DNA of 64,000 nucleotides from Candidatus Latescibacterota bacterium (GCA_963422735.1 OY730476.1:2048001-2112000), one strand, 5' to 3'; positions 1 to 9,332 are shown, counted from the first letter of the stretch. Notes: generated by a model not told the origin, from the letters alone. Translations and numbers: made by a program.

Positions 1-1426
1 TGCCGTCGGCCCGCATCAGCGCCAAGTTGTTGCTAGTACCCTCGTTTTGCACGAAAACAATCCATTCGCCATCGGGCGAATAGGCCGGGTACAGCGCGCG
101 CATACCGCGCGTCAGCCGCTTGACGCGCGGCGTCTCCGGTGCCGTGCCGCTGACCATGGTTGGCACCAACCACAGCATACCGCGCCAAAAACTGGGGCCG
201 GCGGCAGCGGAATTCCACTCGTAGATATCCGCTTGCCGCGAACCGTATTTGTCGGCCCGGTCAATGCGCGAAAAGAGCAGCTTGCGTCCATCCGGCGACC
301 AATCCACGGTCGAAGCCGCCGCTGGGAAGGCTGCGACTTCCTCCTCGCCTGTAGCGAGGTCACGCACTACCAAGCCGTGCGGCCCGTGGTGCCGCTTGCG
401 CGTCGATAGATACGCCAATTTCTCGCCGTTAGGTGCAACCTGCGGCCGCAGGTTGGAAAAGCCGACATCCACGATCTGCTCGCCCTCGCGCAGCGGCCCC
501 AACGCCGCTACCTGTGCCCGATAGCCCTGCCGCAAGGACTCGATCCACTCGTCGTACAGCGCGTCCGCGCTCTTGCCCAAAACCTTTTTGTACGCCCCAT
601 CAATGGCGAGGGTGTGCCACTGCGACGCGGCTTGGTACAGCGCGGCGATTTTTTCTTCGCCGTACGTCTCGGCGATGTAGCGCACCAAGCCAAAGCCGTG
701 GTCGTACACGTATTCGTTGCCAAAGCCCTGCTTGCCAAAGACGCCCATCTGGTCGAAGGATAGCTGCTCATCTGCAAGCACTAAGGATCGGAGCACCATG
801 TCGCGATTGGCGTCCCAGCGGTCGTGAGCCGTAGTCGCAGTCCCGTACTGGGCCGCGCCCTCGGCCAGCCACATCGGCACCACCGTGCCCATCACCGGAT
901 AAGAAGCGATGACGTCTGGATAGCCAATGAGAATGTCCGGCCGATTCTTCTCCCTCTGGTAGCCAAAGTACTGCAAGTAGAGCGCGGGGACGCGCTGCAC
1001 GCCTTTGCGCGCAGCACCCAGCGAAACGATGTGGGCAAATTCGTGGGTTATTACGTTGCGCAGCCAGTCTGAACTGCCGCGCAAGTCGAAGTCGTGGTCG
1101 AGCGACGTGGCCCAAATCTCAATGGTGTCTTGATAGAAAAAAGCCGCGCCATTGGCGTAATCGTCGTGGTCTTTGAGCACGATCCGCACGCGCCCGTCGG
1201 GTGCGTACCCATACAGTTCGGTAATAGGTGCGTACGCGGCTTCGGCAATGTGCGCGGCCCGCGCCGCCGCCCTCTCTAGCCCCTCGTGGTAAAAAATGCG
1301 GAAGTGCTCGGTCTCTACCACCTGCCACGCCAGCTCCGGGTGGTTTTGGGCGAGGGATGAGCTCGCCCAGCTAATCAGCAAACAAAATGCACACAGGCCG
1401 GCCAGCAGAGTCGTCAGTTTCCCCAT
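1..1426 (-). CDS. Secreted zinc metallopeptidase (peptidase MA/gluzincin-like) with PD40/TolB-like beta-propeller repeats; runs off the left edge of the window
   Basis: Not in the ORF track because it is open at the edge. Manual translation from ATG 1426 (RBS AGGAG): MGKLTTLLAGLCAFCLLISWASSSLAQNHPELAWQVVETEHFRIFYH...VITHEFAHIV...PMWLAEG...WSPDGRKL...YSPDGEWI. It has a signal peptide, HExxH at 1031-1045, a downstream WxxEG and SPDG repeats. Confidence 0.85.
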   Translation of the reverse strand, partial: MGKLTTLLAGLCAFCLLISWASSSLAQNHPELAWQVVETEHFRIFYHEGLERAAARAAHIAEAAYAPITELYGYAPDGRVRIVLKDHDDYANGAAFFYQDTIEIWATSLDHDFDLRGSSDWLRNVITHEFAHIVSLGAARKGVQRVPALYLQYFGYQREKNRPDILIGYPDVIASYPVMGTVVPMWLAEGAAQYGTATTAHDRWDANRDMVLRSLVLADEQLSFDQMGVFGKQGFGNEYVYDHGFGLVRYIAETYGEEKIAALYQAASQWHTLAIDGAYKKVLGKSADALYDEWIESLRQGYRAQVAALGPLREGEQIVDVGFSNLRPQVAPNGEKLAYLSTRKRHHGPHGLVVRDLATGEEEVAAFPAAASTVDWSPDGRKLLFSRIDRADKYGSRQADIYEWNSAAAGPSFWRGMLWLVPTMVSGTAPETPRVKRLTRGMRALYPAYSPDGEWIVFVQNEGTSNNLALMRADG

Positions 1427-1525
1427 AGAAGAGTTCTCCTCAGCTCGGAATACAATGATGCCTCTGTTACTAAGGCGATCTCACTGCTGCAAAGGCACTC
1501 CCCTCGCAATACCCACTTGGCGACC
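1392..1525. repeat. Copy A of a diverged duplication of the porU 3' end, intergenic region and porV 5' end (copy B at 5357-5504)
   Basis: Shared blocks: CACAGGCCGGCCAGCAG, GTCGTCAGTTTCC-CATAG, CTCCTCAGCT, AATGATGCCTC, TACTAAGGC-ATCTCACTGCTGCAAAGGCACTCC-CTCGCAA and ACTTGGCGACC. Confidence 0.9.
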
Positions 1526-1543
1526 AAGCAAAACGCCAACCCC

Positions 1544-4339
1544 TCACTGGCTCACCGCCATTTTGATCACGGCTTCTCCTCGCCGTCCGTCGTCGCCGTG
1601 CGCGATCAATCGGCATAGATACAGGCCGCTCGCATAGCCTTCCACCGACCAAGTAATTTCGTGCTCACCGGCTTCCAAGCCGTTGCTTCGGTGCTGCCAA
1701 ACGCGCCCGCCCAACGCACCGAACACCTCCAATTCGATGCGCCCGGCTGCGCTCAGCGCAAAGCGCAAATGCGCATCCTCGCCGGGGCCGACTGGATTGG
1801 GATAGCAATAGACCCGGTCTAGCAAGGACGCCTCGGGCTTTACAACGGGACGGCCAGCTACCAGCGCAACCCGCGACCCAGCCCCATCGGCACCGGCCTG
1901 AGGCCAATGAGCCGGCCCCCCGGCGTACCGCGCCGCCACCCTCTGCAGATCCCACGCATATATGGCCGTGCCATCCAAGGCTGCTAACGCCAAGCGGCCA
2001 TCGCTGCCTAAGTCCAATACCACCGGCGACGCCGTCGGAGGAGCGGCCATTAGCAGGGGAAAGCCCGCCAAGAGACGCCCATCGTCTTCTATACCAAAAA
2101 TTCCGCTGTGGCCAGCGACGAATATCTCCTGCTTGCCATCGGCATCCACGTCGCACAGCATCGGCTCGAAAACGAGATCGCCGACCTCGGCAAAGCGCGG
2201 CAAGGAGGTGGGAAAGTCGGCTTGGCGCAATCCGTCGGCGCGCAAGGCGTGTATCGTTCCACCCCGCGCAAGCAAAACCACCTCCAGCAGGCCATCGCCG
2301 TCCAAATCGCCCAGAACCGGCGGTGCGGCTAGCGAATCGCCTAACTCGACAGCATGAGACCCGATCTCGACTTGGCCGCTGGCTGTGGCGAAGACCCACT
2401 CGACTTGGCCGTCACCATCCAAATCGCTCGCGGCTGGGGGCAACGAGGCTGCAGCCACCGGTGGCCTTTGCTCCTTTAACTGGCCGCTTATGGCATCTAC
2501 CACGTAGAGCTGTTCCGCTCCGGCGAGCAGCAGCGCGGCCTCCGTGCCCGTGCTGAAACGCGCGTCCGATGGCACCTCGTTCAGCGCGAGCCGCCACAGC
2601 GGTTGGTCGGCCCCGGCGTCCCACGCGCTGACTTCTGCGTCGCGCCATAAAAAAATCGCGAGTCGGCCATCGCCGTCGCCGTCCCCAGCAGCCAGCAACC
2701 GTGCCCCTGGTACTCTCCACGGTGCCACACCATCTCCGGTTGCATAGCCGACCTCACCTCCGGCCTCAAAGAGCAACTCTTCTACTCCATCGCCGTCCAA
2801 GTCCGCGGCTTGTAGCCGGCCGTCGCCCGGCAAATCCCGCGGCCAGCCCGGGCGCGCACGTCCAAAGCGTATGGCCACCTGCATGGTATCGCCGGGAGCG
2901 GAAAGCACTTCGATCTCAATGCCGGTCTCCCACTCTCGGTTGCTGCGCGAGTCAGGTTGAGTCGCCGGGCCGAACAGCGTTTGTCCGCCGATAAAGAACG
3001 GGTCGTCGGGCCACCCCTCGACTTGTCGCTCCCACGCAAGAAACGGATCGCCAATGTCGCGGTACCCATCGGCCTCTTCCAAGGCAATGCTCTGCCAATG
3101 GGCCTGATTGTTCGCGGCACTGGGATCCGCAGCGCGGGCCATCACGCCTTCGTCTATGTGCCATATCAGCATCCCCGACCCTGGGACAAAGGCGTCGTAT
3201 TCCTCCATCGCCACCCACACGCCTTCCTCTATAGTGACCTGATCGCGGTCAATCCACACCACCTCTTCGTCCTCGCCCTCCACAACACCGCGCTGCCCGC
3301 GCTGCTGTCTGTTCTCCAGCAAGAAGTACTCGCGCGCGTCAATGGGTATGCGCACGGCCTTGGGGAGGTCGCCGCTGCGGTCGGTGGCTAGCAGCGATAG
3401 TACAGTGTCGCGCCGCACCACCACCGGCTCGATCCACCCTAGCTGCATCTTGCTCCACGCCATAGGATGCGGCGGTGCGAAGCCAATTCCCTCGAGGCTG
3501 TCCGTCCGCACGTAGCCCGAAGCGTTGACCCCCACGTCCATCAGACTCCAGCTGCCTAGGGCTGGCAGGCCGTCGACGAAATTGGACAACCCAGGCAGGC
3601 CCAACTGGTGGCCAAAGAACTTGGCCAGCAAGCCATTGAGGCCGACCCGGCCGTTGAGGCTAGGCGACTCTGGCAAGATCCACGCCTGATCGATCTGTGC
3701 TCCGCCCAAGGTTAGCGGGCCGCCGTTAAAGAGCGCAAAATCGCTCTCGGCTAGGAAGACCGAGCGAATGTCGTTCAGCCCGCCGGTCTCGTAGCCAACT
3801 CCGGCGTGGAACACGAGGAAGCTATTAAATTCGTCCAAGCGCGGGCCATCGGGATCGGCCAGCGCGGCAGCAAGAGCATCGCGCACCAGTTCAATCCACT
3901 TCGCGCCAATTTCCTCAGTCGTGCGTCCGTTGCCGTAGTGGAGCATGGGTTGGGGAAGCGCGTATGCCTGCCGCGAGGCGCGGGGGAACACCTCGGCGGA
4001 GATCGCCACCCGGCCGTCGGAAACGACCTCGTAATAGCGCGCCAACGCGGTCAAATGCCGCTCGAAGTAAGCGCGGTCGTGCGGCGGCACATCGTAGGGA
4101 AGCGCGTACTCCTCAGCCGCTTCCTCTGCCGAGCGCAGATCAAACGCGCCGACGCCAGTCGTCGTCAACTCATCTGGCCTTTCGCGCGGAAAATCCACGC
4201 GCAAGACCAAGATTCGCCACTCGGCATCGGCCGTAGTGGCCGCCGCCAACAGTAGTGAGAAGCAGAAGCCTAAGAGGAACAAGGGGGCCAAATCGCATCG
4301 TCGCCGCGCAGCAACAGGACCCGTGTCCGATTGGAACAT
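1544..4339 (-). CDS. Immune-inhibitor-A/M6-like metalloprotease-domain protein with FG-GAP repeats and a C-terminal T9SS type A/FlgD-Ig sorting domain
   Basis: Signal peptide; RILVLRVDFP, FHAG, GHQLGLP, WSLMDVG, PPHPMAWSK.LGW, EYFLLENRQ and SGMLIWHIDE (M6 pattern); DLDGDG repeats; YCYPNP...ASGLYL...KMAV C-terminus. Confidence 0.85.
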   Translation of the reverse strand: MFQSDTGPVAARRRCDLAPLFLLGFCFSLLLAAATTADAEWRILVLRVDFPRERPDELTTTGVGAFDLRSAEEAAEEYALPYDVPPHDRAYFERHLTALARYYEVVSDGRVAISAEVFPRASRQAYALPQPMLHYGNGRTTEEIGAKWIELVRDALAAALADPDGPRLDEFNSFLVFHAGVGYETGGLNDIRSVFLAESDFALFNGGPLTLGGAQIDQAWILPESPSLNGRVGLNGLLAKFFGHQLGLPGLSNFVDGLPALGSWSLMDVGVNASGYVRTDSLEGIGFAPPHPMAWSKMQLGWIEPVVVRRDTVLSLLATDRSGDLPKAVRIPIDAREYFLLENRQQRGQRGVVEGEDEEVVWIDRDQVTIEEGVWVAMEEYDAFVPGSGMLIWHIDEGVMARAADPSAANNQAHWQSIALEEADGYRDIGDPFLAWERQVEGWPDDPFFIGGQTLFGPATQPDSRSNREWETGIEIEVLSAPGDTMQVAIRFGRARPGWPRDLPGDGRLQAADLDGDGVEELLFEAGGEVGYATGDGVAPWRVPGARLLAAGDGDGDGRLAIFLWRDAEVSAWDAGADQPLWRLALNEVPSDARFSTGTEAALLLAGAEQLYVVDAISGQLKEQRPPVAAASLPPAASDLDGDGQVEWVFATASGQVEIGSHAVELGDSLAAPPVLGDLDGDGLLEVVLLARGGTIHALRADGLRQADFPTSLPRFAEVGDLVFEPMLCDVDADGKQEIFVAGHSGIFGIEDDGRLLAGFPLLMAAPPTASPVVLDLGSDGRLALAALDGTAIYAWDLQRVAARYAGGPAHWPQAGADGAGSRVALVAGRPVVKPEASLLDRVYCYPNPVGPGEDAHLRFALSAAGRIELEVFGALGGRVWQHRSNGLEAGEHEITWSVEGYASGLYLCRLIAHGDDGRRGEAVIKMAVSQ

Positions 4340-4341
4340 CC

Positions 4342-5394
4342 TCAGAAAATGAGATTCAGGGAAAACCGCGTATTGTCCTCCAGCGGCGTTATCTTACTGG
4401 CATCGACATACGCCACATCGAATTGGAAGCGGTTGTACTTTAGGCCGACGCCAAAATTCCGGGTCGCCAACTCGCCGTCGGTGTCCCGCGAAAGGCCCGC
4501 ACGCAACGCGATGAAAGCCTCGTCTTCGCGGGCGGAAAGCCCGTATCGGTATTCGCCGCCCACGTGCAAATCCATCTCCTTGAACTCATTGCTCGCGCTC
4601 TCGTCAGCCCACGCCTTGACCAAGTTGCTGACAAAAGATCCATCGGCGATTAGGGGCTTGTACAAGTCAAAGGAGAGCAGCACGTCGTTGTATTGGGTAT
4701 CCATCACCTCGTAGGCCACTCCGACGACGATGTGCTGGGGCAGCGAATCGGCCTGTTCGGCGTCTATGTAGGCGATCTTTGGGCCTAGGTTGCGTAGGGC
4801 CGCGCCCAAGCTGAGGCTCGGCGTGGCCTTCCACAAAAAACCCAAATCCGCGGCAAAGCTGTTGCCCACGCCCCGACCCCGCTCAATGCCGGCCCCCTGA
4901 TCGGCCAAATTGCTGCGGATGAACTTCAAGCCGATGCCAGCAGACGCATAGCTGCTAAGGTGCGCCCCGTAGGCCGCAGACATGGCCACATCGTAACTAC
5001 GGAAGGTGCCTTGGTGGTTGCCGCGCTCGTCGGTGCGGATCTGCTCGCCTAGGTTTAGCAGCGCGACGTTGAGACCGATATTGCCCCAGCCCTCCACGGG
5101 CATGGAATAGGCCAAAAACTCGTAGGATAAGTCGTCGGCCAGCCCGGGCAGCCACTTGCTGTGAGTGAAGTGGAGCTTTTTCTTACTCTGCCCGACGAGG
5201 GCAGCCGGATTGAAGTAGCTCGCCGTGGCGTCGTCGGCCACAGCCACGTACGACTCGCCCATGCCAATGGCGCGGGCACCCGGCTCGATCAGCAAAAAGA
5301 GCACGGCGGCGCGGCTCTCGGGCGTAGCCCGGATCTCATCGGGCAATGCGCCCGCGCACAGGCCGGCCAGCAGCAGGGTCGTCAGTTTCCTCAT
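4342..5394 (-). CDS. porV: PorV/PorQ family outer-membrane beta-barrel (T9SS substrate shuttle)
   Basis: FLLIEPGARAIGMGES.VAVADDATA.YFNPA, HSKWLP.L..D, GAALRNLGPKI.Y and C-terminal NTRFSLNLIF; adjacent to porU. Confidence 0.9.
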   Translation of the reverse strand: MRKLTTLLLAGLCAGALPDEIRATPESRAAVLFLLIEPGARAIGMGESYVAVADDATASYFNPAALVGQSKKKLHFTHSKWLPGLADDLSYEFLAYSMPVEGWGNIGLNVALLNLGEQIRTDERGNHQGTFRSYDVAMSAAYGAHLSSYASAGIGLKFIRSNLADQGAGIERGRGVGNSFAADLGFLWKATPSLSLGAALRNLGPKIAYIDAEQADSLPQHIVVGVAYEVMDTQYNDVLLSFDLYKPLIADGSFVSNLVKAWADESASNEFKEMDLHVGGEYRYGLSAREDEAFIALRAGLSRDTDGELATRNFGVGLKYNRFQFDVAYVDASKITPLEDNTRFSLNLIF

Positions 5395-5504
5395 AGCGGA
5401 GTCCTCCTCAGCTAAGAATAAGAATATAAGAATGATGCCTCCTAAGTACTAAGGCAATCTCACTGCTGCAAAGGCACTCCTCTCGCAACATTTACTTGGC
5501 GACC
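5357..5504. repeat. Copy B (native porU-porV junction) of the duplication also at 1392-1525
   Basis: Direct-repeat similarity to 1392-1525, with a small TAAGAA expansion in this copy. Confidence 0.9.
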
Positions 5505-8500
5505 TGCAAGACAGCGCGGCGTGCGACCGTAGTACCGCTTTCCCGCTCGGCTTCTATTCGGTATAGATACGCGCCACTGGCCAAGCCCGTCGGCGGCATC
5601 CAAGGCACCTGGTTGTAGCCGGTGTGTGCCTGTCCGTCTAGCTGGTCTATCAGCCGACCAGCCAGCGAAAAAACCTCTATCTGCACAGTGCGCATGTCGT
5701 TTTCTAGCTCATACGTGAAGTAGCCGCTATCGCGCATGGGGTTCGGATAAAATAGGACCTTGGCAAGGCCCGCGTCGCCTTCGTCGTCTCCGACCGAGAC
5801 CGACACCGTCGCACGCGACGAATTGTTGAAGTTATCCCAAGCCTTCAGGCGGATCTCGTGTTTGCCCGCTTCCAATTCGGGCAGGGGAAATTCAATGACC
5901 CCCTGCCGGTAGTCCCCACCCTGCACACTGTACATATCCGTCAATGTGAAGAGCTCGCCGTCGATGGCCAGTTCGATTTCGTGCCCGGTCTCCCCGGTGA
6001 TGTTGATGCCGCTGGGATCCGCAATTGAGGCCAACAGCACCGTTTGCCGCGGAATCTTGGTGCCTTTGGCCCCCTCGAAGCGCAGGGAAATTTCCGGCCC
6101 TTCCACGTCCGCCTCCACGCCTTTGGCCGTGCCCGCCAGCACCAGTCCGTCCGCCTTGCCAAAAGCCTCGGGACTGTCATCGCTCCAGACGTAGGCGCTG
6201 ATGCGGCCGTTCTTCCCCCCATAGGTAATGTCTTTAGGGATCCGGAATGCGGCACTAAAGCGGCCCTCGGCTACTGGAAAGCGACCGCGAAAGATGGGGG
6301 CACCGGTCTGCTGGTAGGTAAATCCCTCCAACTCACTTTCTTCACTCGAATCAAATGCCTGCAACCACACTTGTCCCTCATAGTCGGTGGCCGGCGCATC
6401 AGCTGCGTCGAGGACCTGGCCGGCGATGGCCACTTCGCCGAGGGCACGGAGCGAATCGGCCACATCGATCTGCACCTGAAAGCGCGGCATGGCCAAGCGC
6501 GTCGCCGGGTCGCCAAAGAGCGAATAGCGCTGAATGTTGCGGAACGTTGTGGCACCGCTGGGGTCATACTGCGGCAGCAATAATTGCTTGGCCTCGGCGA
6601 GGGCCAGCCCAATCGGCACGTGCTCCCGTCCGGTGTGGTACATCTGCCGATAGAACTGGTTGGCCAACTCGACATTGCTGTCGTGATACCCTATCCGGGT
6701 CGCGCAAATCATGCCGATCACGCCCCCGTCTTCCTTCTTCAGAAGTGCCTCGGGGATGGAAATGCGCACTGGATCGTCGAACACCCCCACTTGACTCGCA
6801 GCCGTAAAAAACAAGGGCAGGCGACCGCCGTTGTCGATCTTGTCCAAATCGCGGGAAAGAAAAAACATGCGCTCGTGGGCCAGCACGTAAAAGCTGCCGT
6901 GCCCCACATAGGTCACAATGAGCGCACCCTTGTTGAAGAGCCGGATGAACTCGTCCCGAGCTCGTGGCTTCTCCAGCCCCTCTAGAGGGAATTGGGCGAT
7001 GTAGAGCTTGGTCAAGTCCGACGTCTCGGGCAAAACGTGCCGGGCCATGTATTCGCTATCCCTGATAAACATCGACTCTACCCTGCTCGGCTTATCTCGA
7101 TTGTTCAAGTCGTCCGAGGCCAGCACTATTCGGCTCTGCCAAGGCCCCAATTCGGGCGCGCGGTCGTAGGCGATGATTTTGTCGGCGAGCGCGTCGGCCT
7201 CGGCCGCGGTCTGCACTGGCAGCCGACCAATGGCCATGTCGGGAAACAAATCGTTGCCCACCACGCGCGTGTACCACTCATCGTACGTGCTGTCGCCGTC
7301 TTGAAAGGCCGGAATCCAATTGCCCTGACTGAGGGCCGAATTGTTCTTGTAGTCGTACGAGCCATCGCCGAACAACGTCACGAACATGGGCGCGGGATCC
7401 CAGTGCTCGGCCGCATAGGAGAGAAAATTGCGGATCGCCGCTGGGTCTAAAAGCCCACCGGAAAACTCGTCGTAGATGTCTTGTACGTCGATGGCCGCGG
7501 TCCGCAGGGGCGGGCCGAAGCGGTCGTCTGCAGCCCGCCATTGTGCCAAGCGCTCGGCGGCGGCGCGGAATTCGCGGTGGTAAATCGCCACCCAATCGGC
7601 CCCCCAAGCTCCGGTCGTCAAATGGCCGAGCAAGTCGAGTTCGATCCGCATCGGTCGCTTCCAAGTCGCCGGGCCGCCAACTGCGTACTGACGCGGCACA
7701 TCCCCGGGCTGATCCTGAAAAATTACAGTCCCAGTTTGCGCGTCGTACGCGAAGTCCACGATCTCGGCCAAGCCAGCAGAGACCTCAAAGACGCGCGGCT
7801 GCTCGTCGGCAAAACCAGCGAGGCGGAATTGAGTGGTGCCCGTCAGCGGATAGGTGAAGAGCAACTCGCCGCGCTCGGCGACAAAGCCTCGGCTGTATTC
7901 TACTTCGTACCAGTCGAAGCGGGCCGGATTACCGGAGTGAAAAAGCCCCAAGTAGTTCAGCCCCTCCTGCGCCCCTAGTGCCGCCCACAGCGTATCGGAT
8001 GCAACGTATCTCCGGCTATGCGGTTGCGCTGGGATTGCAAAAGTCTCCGTTCCAATGGTCTCTTCATTCCAGCGCACTGAAAAACGCGGCCGCGTCTCAG
8101 GTATCCCGATAAAACCCAAACGCACGGCCACCGGCTCGGGTACGGCCTGCCGCACCACCACCGGGAAATTGCGGGCATTGCCGCGAAAATCCTCCCAGTA
8201 CCAGGTGTAGCCGGACTTGATGCTAAAAAGCTGGATGAGAACGAACTGTTCGGCTTCCTCGTGGACCCGCACCCGATAGCTCGTGGGCTGCTGCGGGTCG
8301 GACGCGACTATGGCACCGCTCCTCTGCTCGGCTCGTCGCCCCTCGACTCCACCGCCAAAACCCAGCCAGTACGCATTCTCTCGCGTGTAGAGGTTGTGAC
8401 GATATTGAAACAAACCGCTAGCTTGGACGTAGTCCCAGCGGCTGACCGGCTCGGCCCAAAACAAGACGAAGTCGTCCGCGTCCAGACGACCATCGCCCCC

Positions 8501-9211
8501 GTCTTCTACGACCAAGCCCACTTCTGGCATGGCTTGGGGTGGATCCACCTTGCTAATGGACAAGGCTTTGCCACCTCCGTAATGCAGGCGCAAACTCGCC
8601 GGATCGATGTCGCCGAGCGATACCCCGGCGGCCTCTAAGTCGGCACCCGATATCCTGTACAGCCCCTCTTCCGAGACGAAGATCCGCAGCCAAGTCCCTC
8701 TCGGCAACGCGGCCTTGCGCGCCGGCCGCCGCTTAGGTGGCAATCGCCAGTTCCTCGCTTGCTCGGGATTGACGAGCATCCCTCGATAGAATGCTTCTCC
8801 CCAAGGGTCGGCAACGCGGGTGCCGCCACCGCCAGTCACGTGCAGATCAACGACGATGCGATCGTACAGGGTCCGCGTCCCGTCCGCTTCGACGCGCGGA
8901 GCAAACGCCACCGGAACGACGCGTTGGCGCCGCGCAAAGCCGCTCTCGCCGAGGAAGGCCGGCTCGGGTGTGGGCGCGTCGTCTTCAGCAGCGCGATCCG
9001 TTCGCGCCACGCGGGCTTCGACCAGCTCCAAGCGAACCCGTCCATCAATTGGGACGCCGATCAAGGCACCGCGCCCCTGCTCCAGTTCTTGGCCCTCGGG
9101 GAGCCAAACCAACCGCAGGCGCTGTGGCGTCTGTTCGCTGACGCGCAATTCCGCCATGGCCGCACTCCCGCAAAAAAGCGCAAGCGCCCAAAAGCAGCAT
9201 TTGAATCTCAT
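5492..9211 (-). CDS. porU: Type IX secretion sortase PorU-like protein (peptidase C25/gingipain family) with C-terminal sorting domain
   Basis: IYDEFSGG..DP.AIRNFL, LFGDGSYDYKN, AIGRLPV, YVGHGS, LFGDPA, D.SGIN.TG..GH, LKAWDNFNNSS and FYPNP...LASGAYLY. The start is probably ATG 9211 (signal peptide), alternatively 9238. Confidence 0.9.
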   Translation of the reverse strand: MRFKCCFWALALFCGSAAMAELRVSEQTPQRLRLVWLPEGQELEQGRGALIGVPIDGRVRLELVEARVARTDRAAEDDAPTPEPAFLGESGFARRQRVVPVAFAPRVEADGTRTLYDRIVVDLHVTGGGGTRVADPWGEAFYRGMLVNPEQARNWRLPPKRRPARKAALPRGTWLRIFVSEEGLYRISGADLEAAGVSLGDIDPASLRLHYGGGKALSISKVDPPQAMPEVGLVVEDGGDGRLDADDFVLFWAEPVSRWDYVQASGLFQYRHNLYTRENAYWLGFGGGVEGRRAEQRSGAIVASDPQQPTSYRVRVHEEAEQFVLIQLFSIKSGYTWYWEDFRGNARNFPVVVRQAVPEPVAVRLGFIGIPETRPRFSVRWNEETIGTETFAIPAQPHSRRYVASDTLWAALGAQEGLNYLGLFHSGNPARFDWYEVEYSRGFVAERGELLFTYPLTGTTQFRLAGFADEQPRVFEVSAGLAEIVDFAYDAQTGTVIFQDQPGDVPRQYAVGGPATWKRPMRIELDLLGHLTTGAWGADWVAIYHREFRAAAERLAQWRAADDRFGPPLRTAAIDVQDIYDEFSGGLLDPAAIRNFLSYAAEHWDPAPMFVTLFGDGSYDYKNNSALSQGNWIPAFQDGDSTYDEWYTRVVGNDLFPDMAIGRLPVQTAAEADALADKIIAYDRAPELGPWQSRIVLASDDLNNRDKPSRVESMFIRDSEYMARHVLPETSDLTKLYIAQFPLEGLEKPRARDEFIRLFNKGALIVTYVGHGSFYVLAHERMFFLSRDLDKIDNGGRLPLFFTAASQVGVFDDPVRISIPEALLKKEDGGVIGMICATRIGYHDSNVELANQFYRQMYHTGREHVPIGLALAEAKQLLLPQYDPSGATTFRNIQRYSLFGDPATRLAMPRFQVQIDVADSLRALGEVAIAGQVLDAADAPATDYEGQVWLQAFDSSEESELEGFTYQQTGAPIFRGRFPVAEGRFSAAFRIPKDITYGGKNGRISAYVWSDDSPEAFGKADGLVLAGTAKGVEADVEGPEISLRFEGAKGTKIPRQTVLLASIADPSGINITGETGHEIELAIDGELFTLTDMYSVQGGDYRQGVIEFPLPELEAGKHEIRLKAWDNFNNSSRATVSVSVGDDEGDAGLAKVLFYPNPMRDSGYFTYELENDMRTVQIEVFSLAGRLIDQLDGQAHTGYNQVPWMPPTGLASGAYLYRIEAERESGTTVARRAVLQVAK

Positions 9212-9263
9212 AAATTTGGTATAGGTGGAATTGATCATGTGGTCGCGGCGATTGGCACTTTTA

Positions 9264-9291
9264 AGGTTATTTCAAGCTCCTTTTTTGTCAA
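9264..9291 (-). promoter_or_regulatory. Putative sigma70 promoter for the porU operon
   Basis: TTGACA-16nt-TAACCT on the minus strand, divergent from the rpmB promoter. Confidence 0.5.
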
Positions 9292-9303
9292 GGGCATCCC
9301 ACC

Positions 9304-9332
9304 TTGACTTATCGGATCAGCGCCTCTATGTT
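9304..9332 (+). promoter_or_regulatory. Putative sigma70 promoter for rpmB
   Basis: TTGACT-17nt-TATGTT upstream of the GGGAGG RBS. Confidence 0.65.

Noticed and set aside
1493-1508. AGGCAC-N5-TCGCA resembling a sigma54 -24/-12 promoter in both duplicated copies
   Set aside because: It deviates from TGGCAC-N5-TTGC and points antisense to the operon, so it is not supportable without data.
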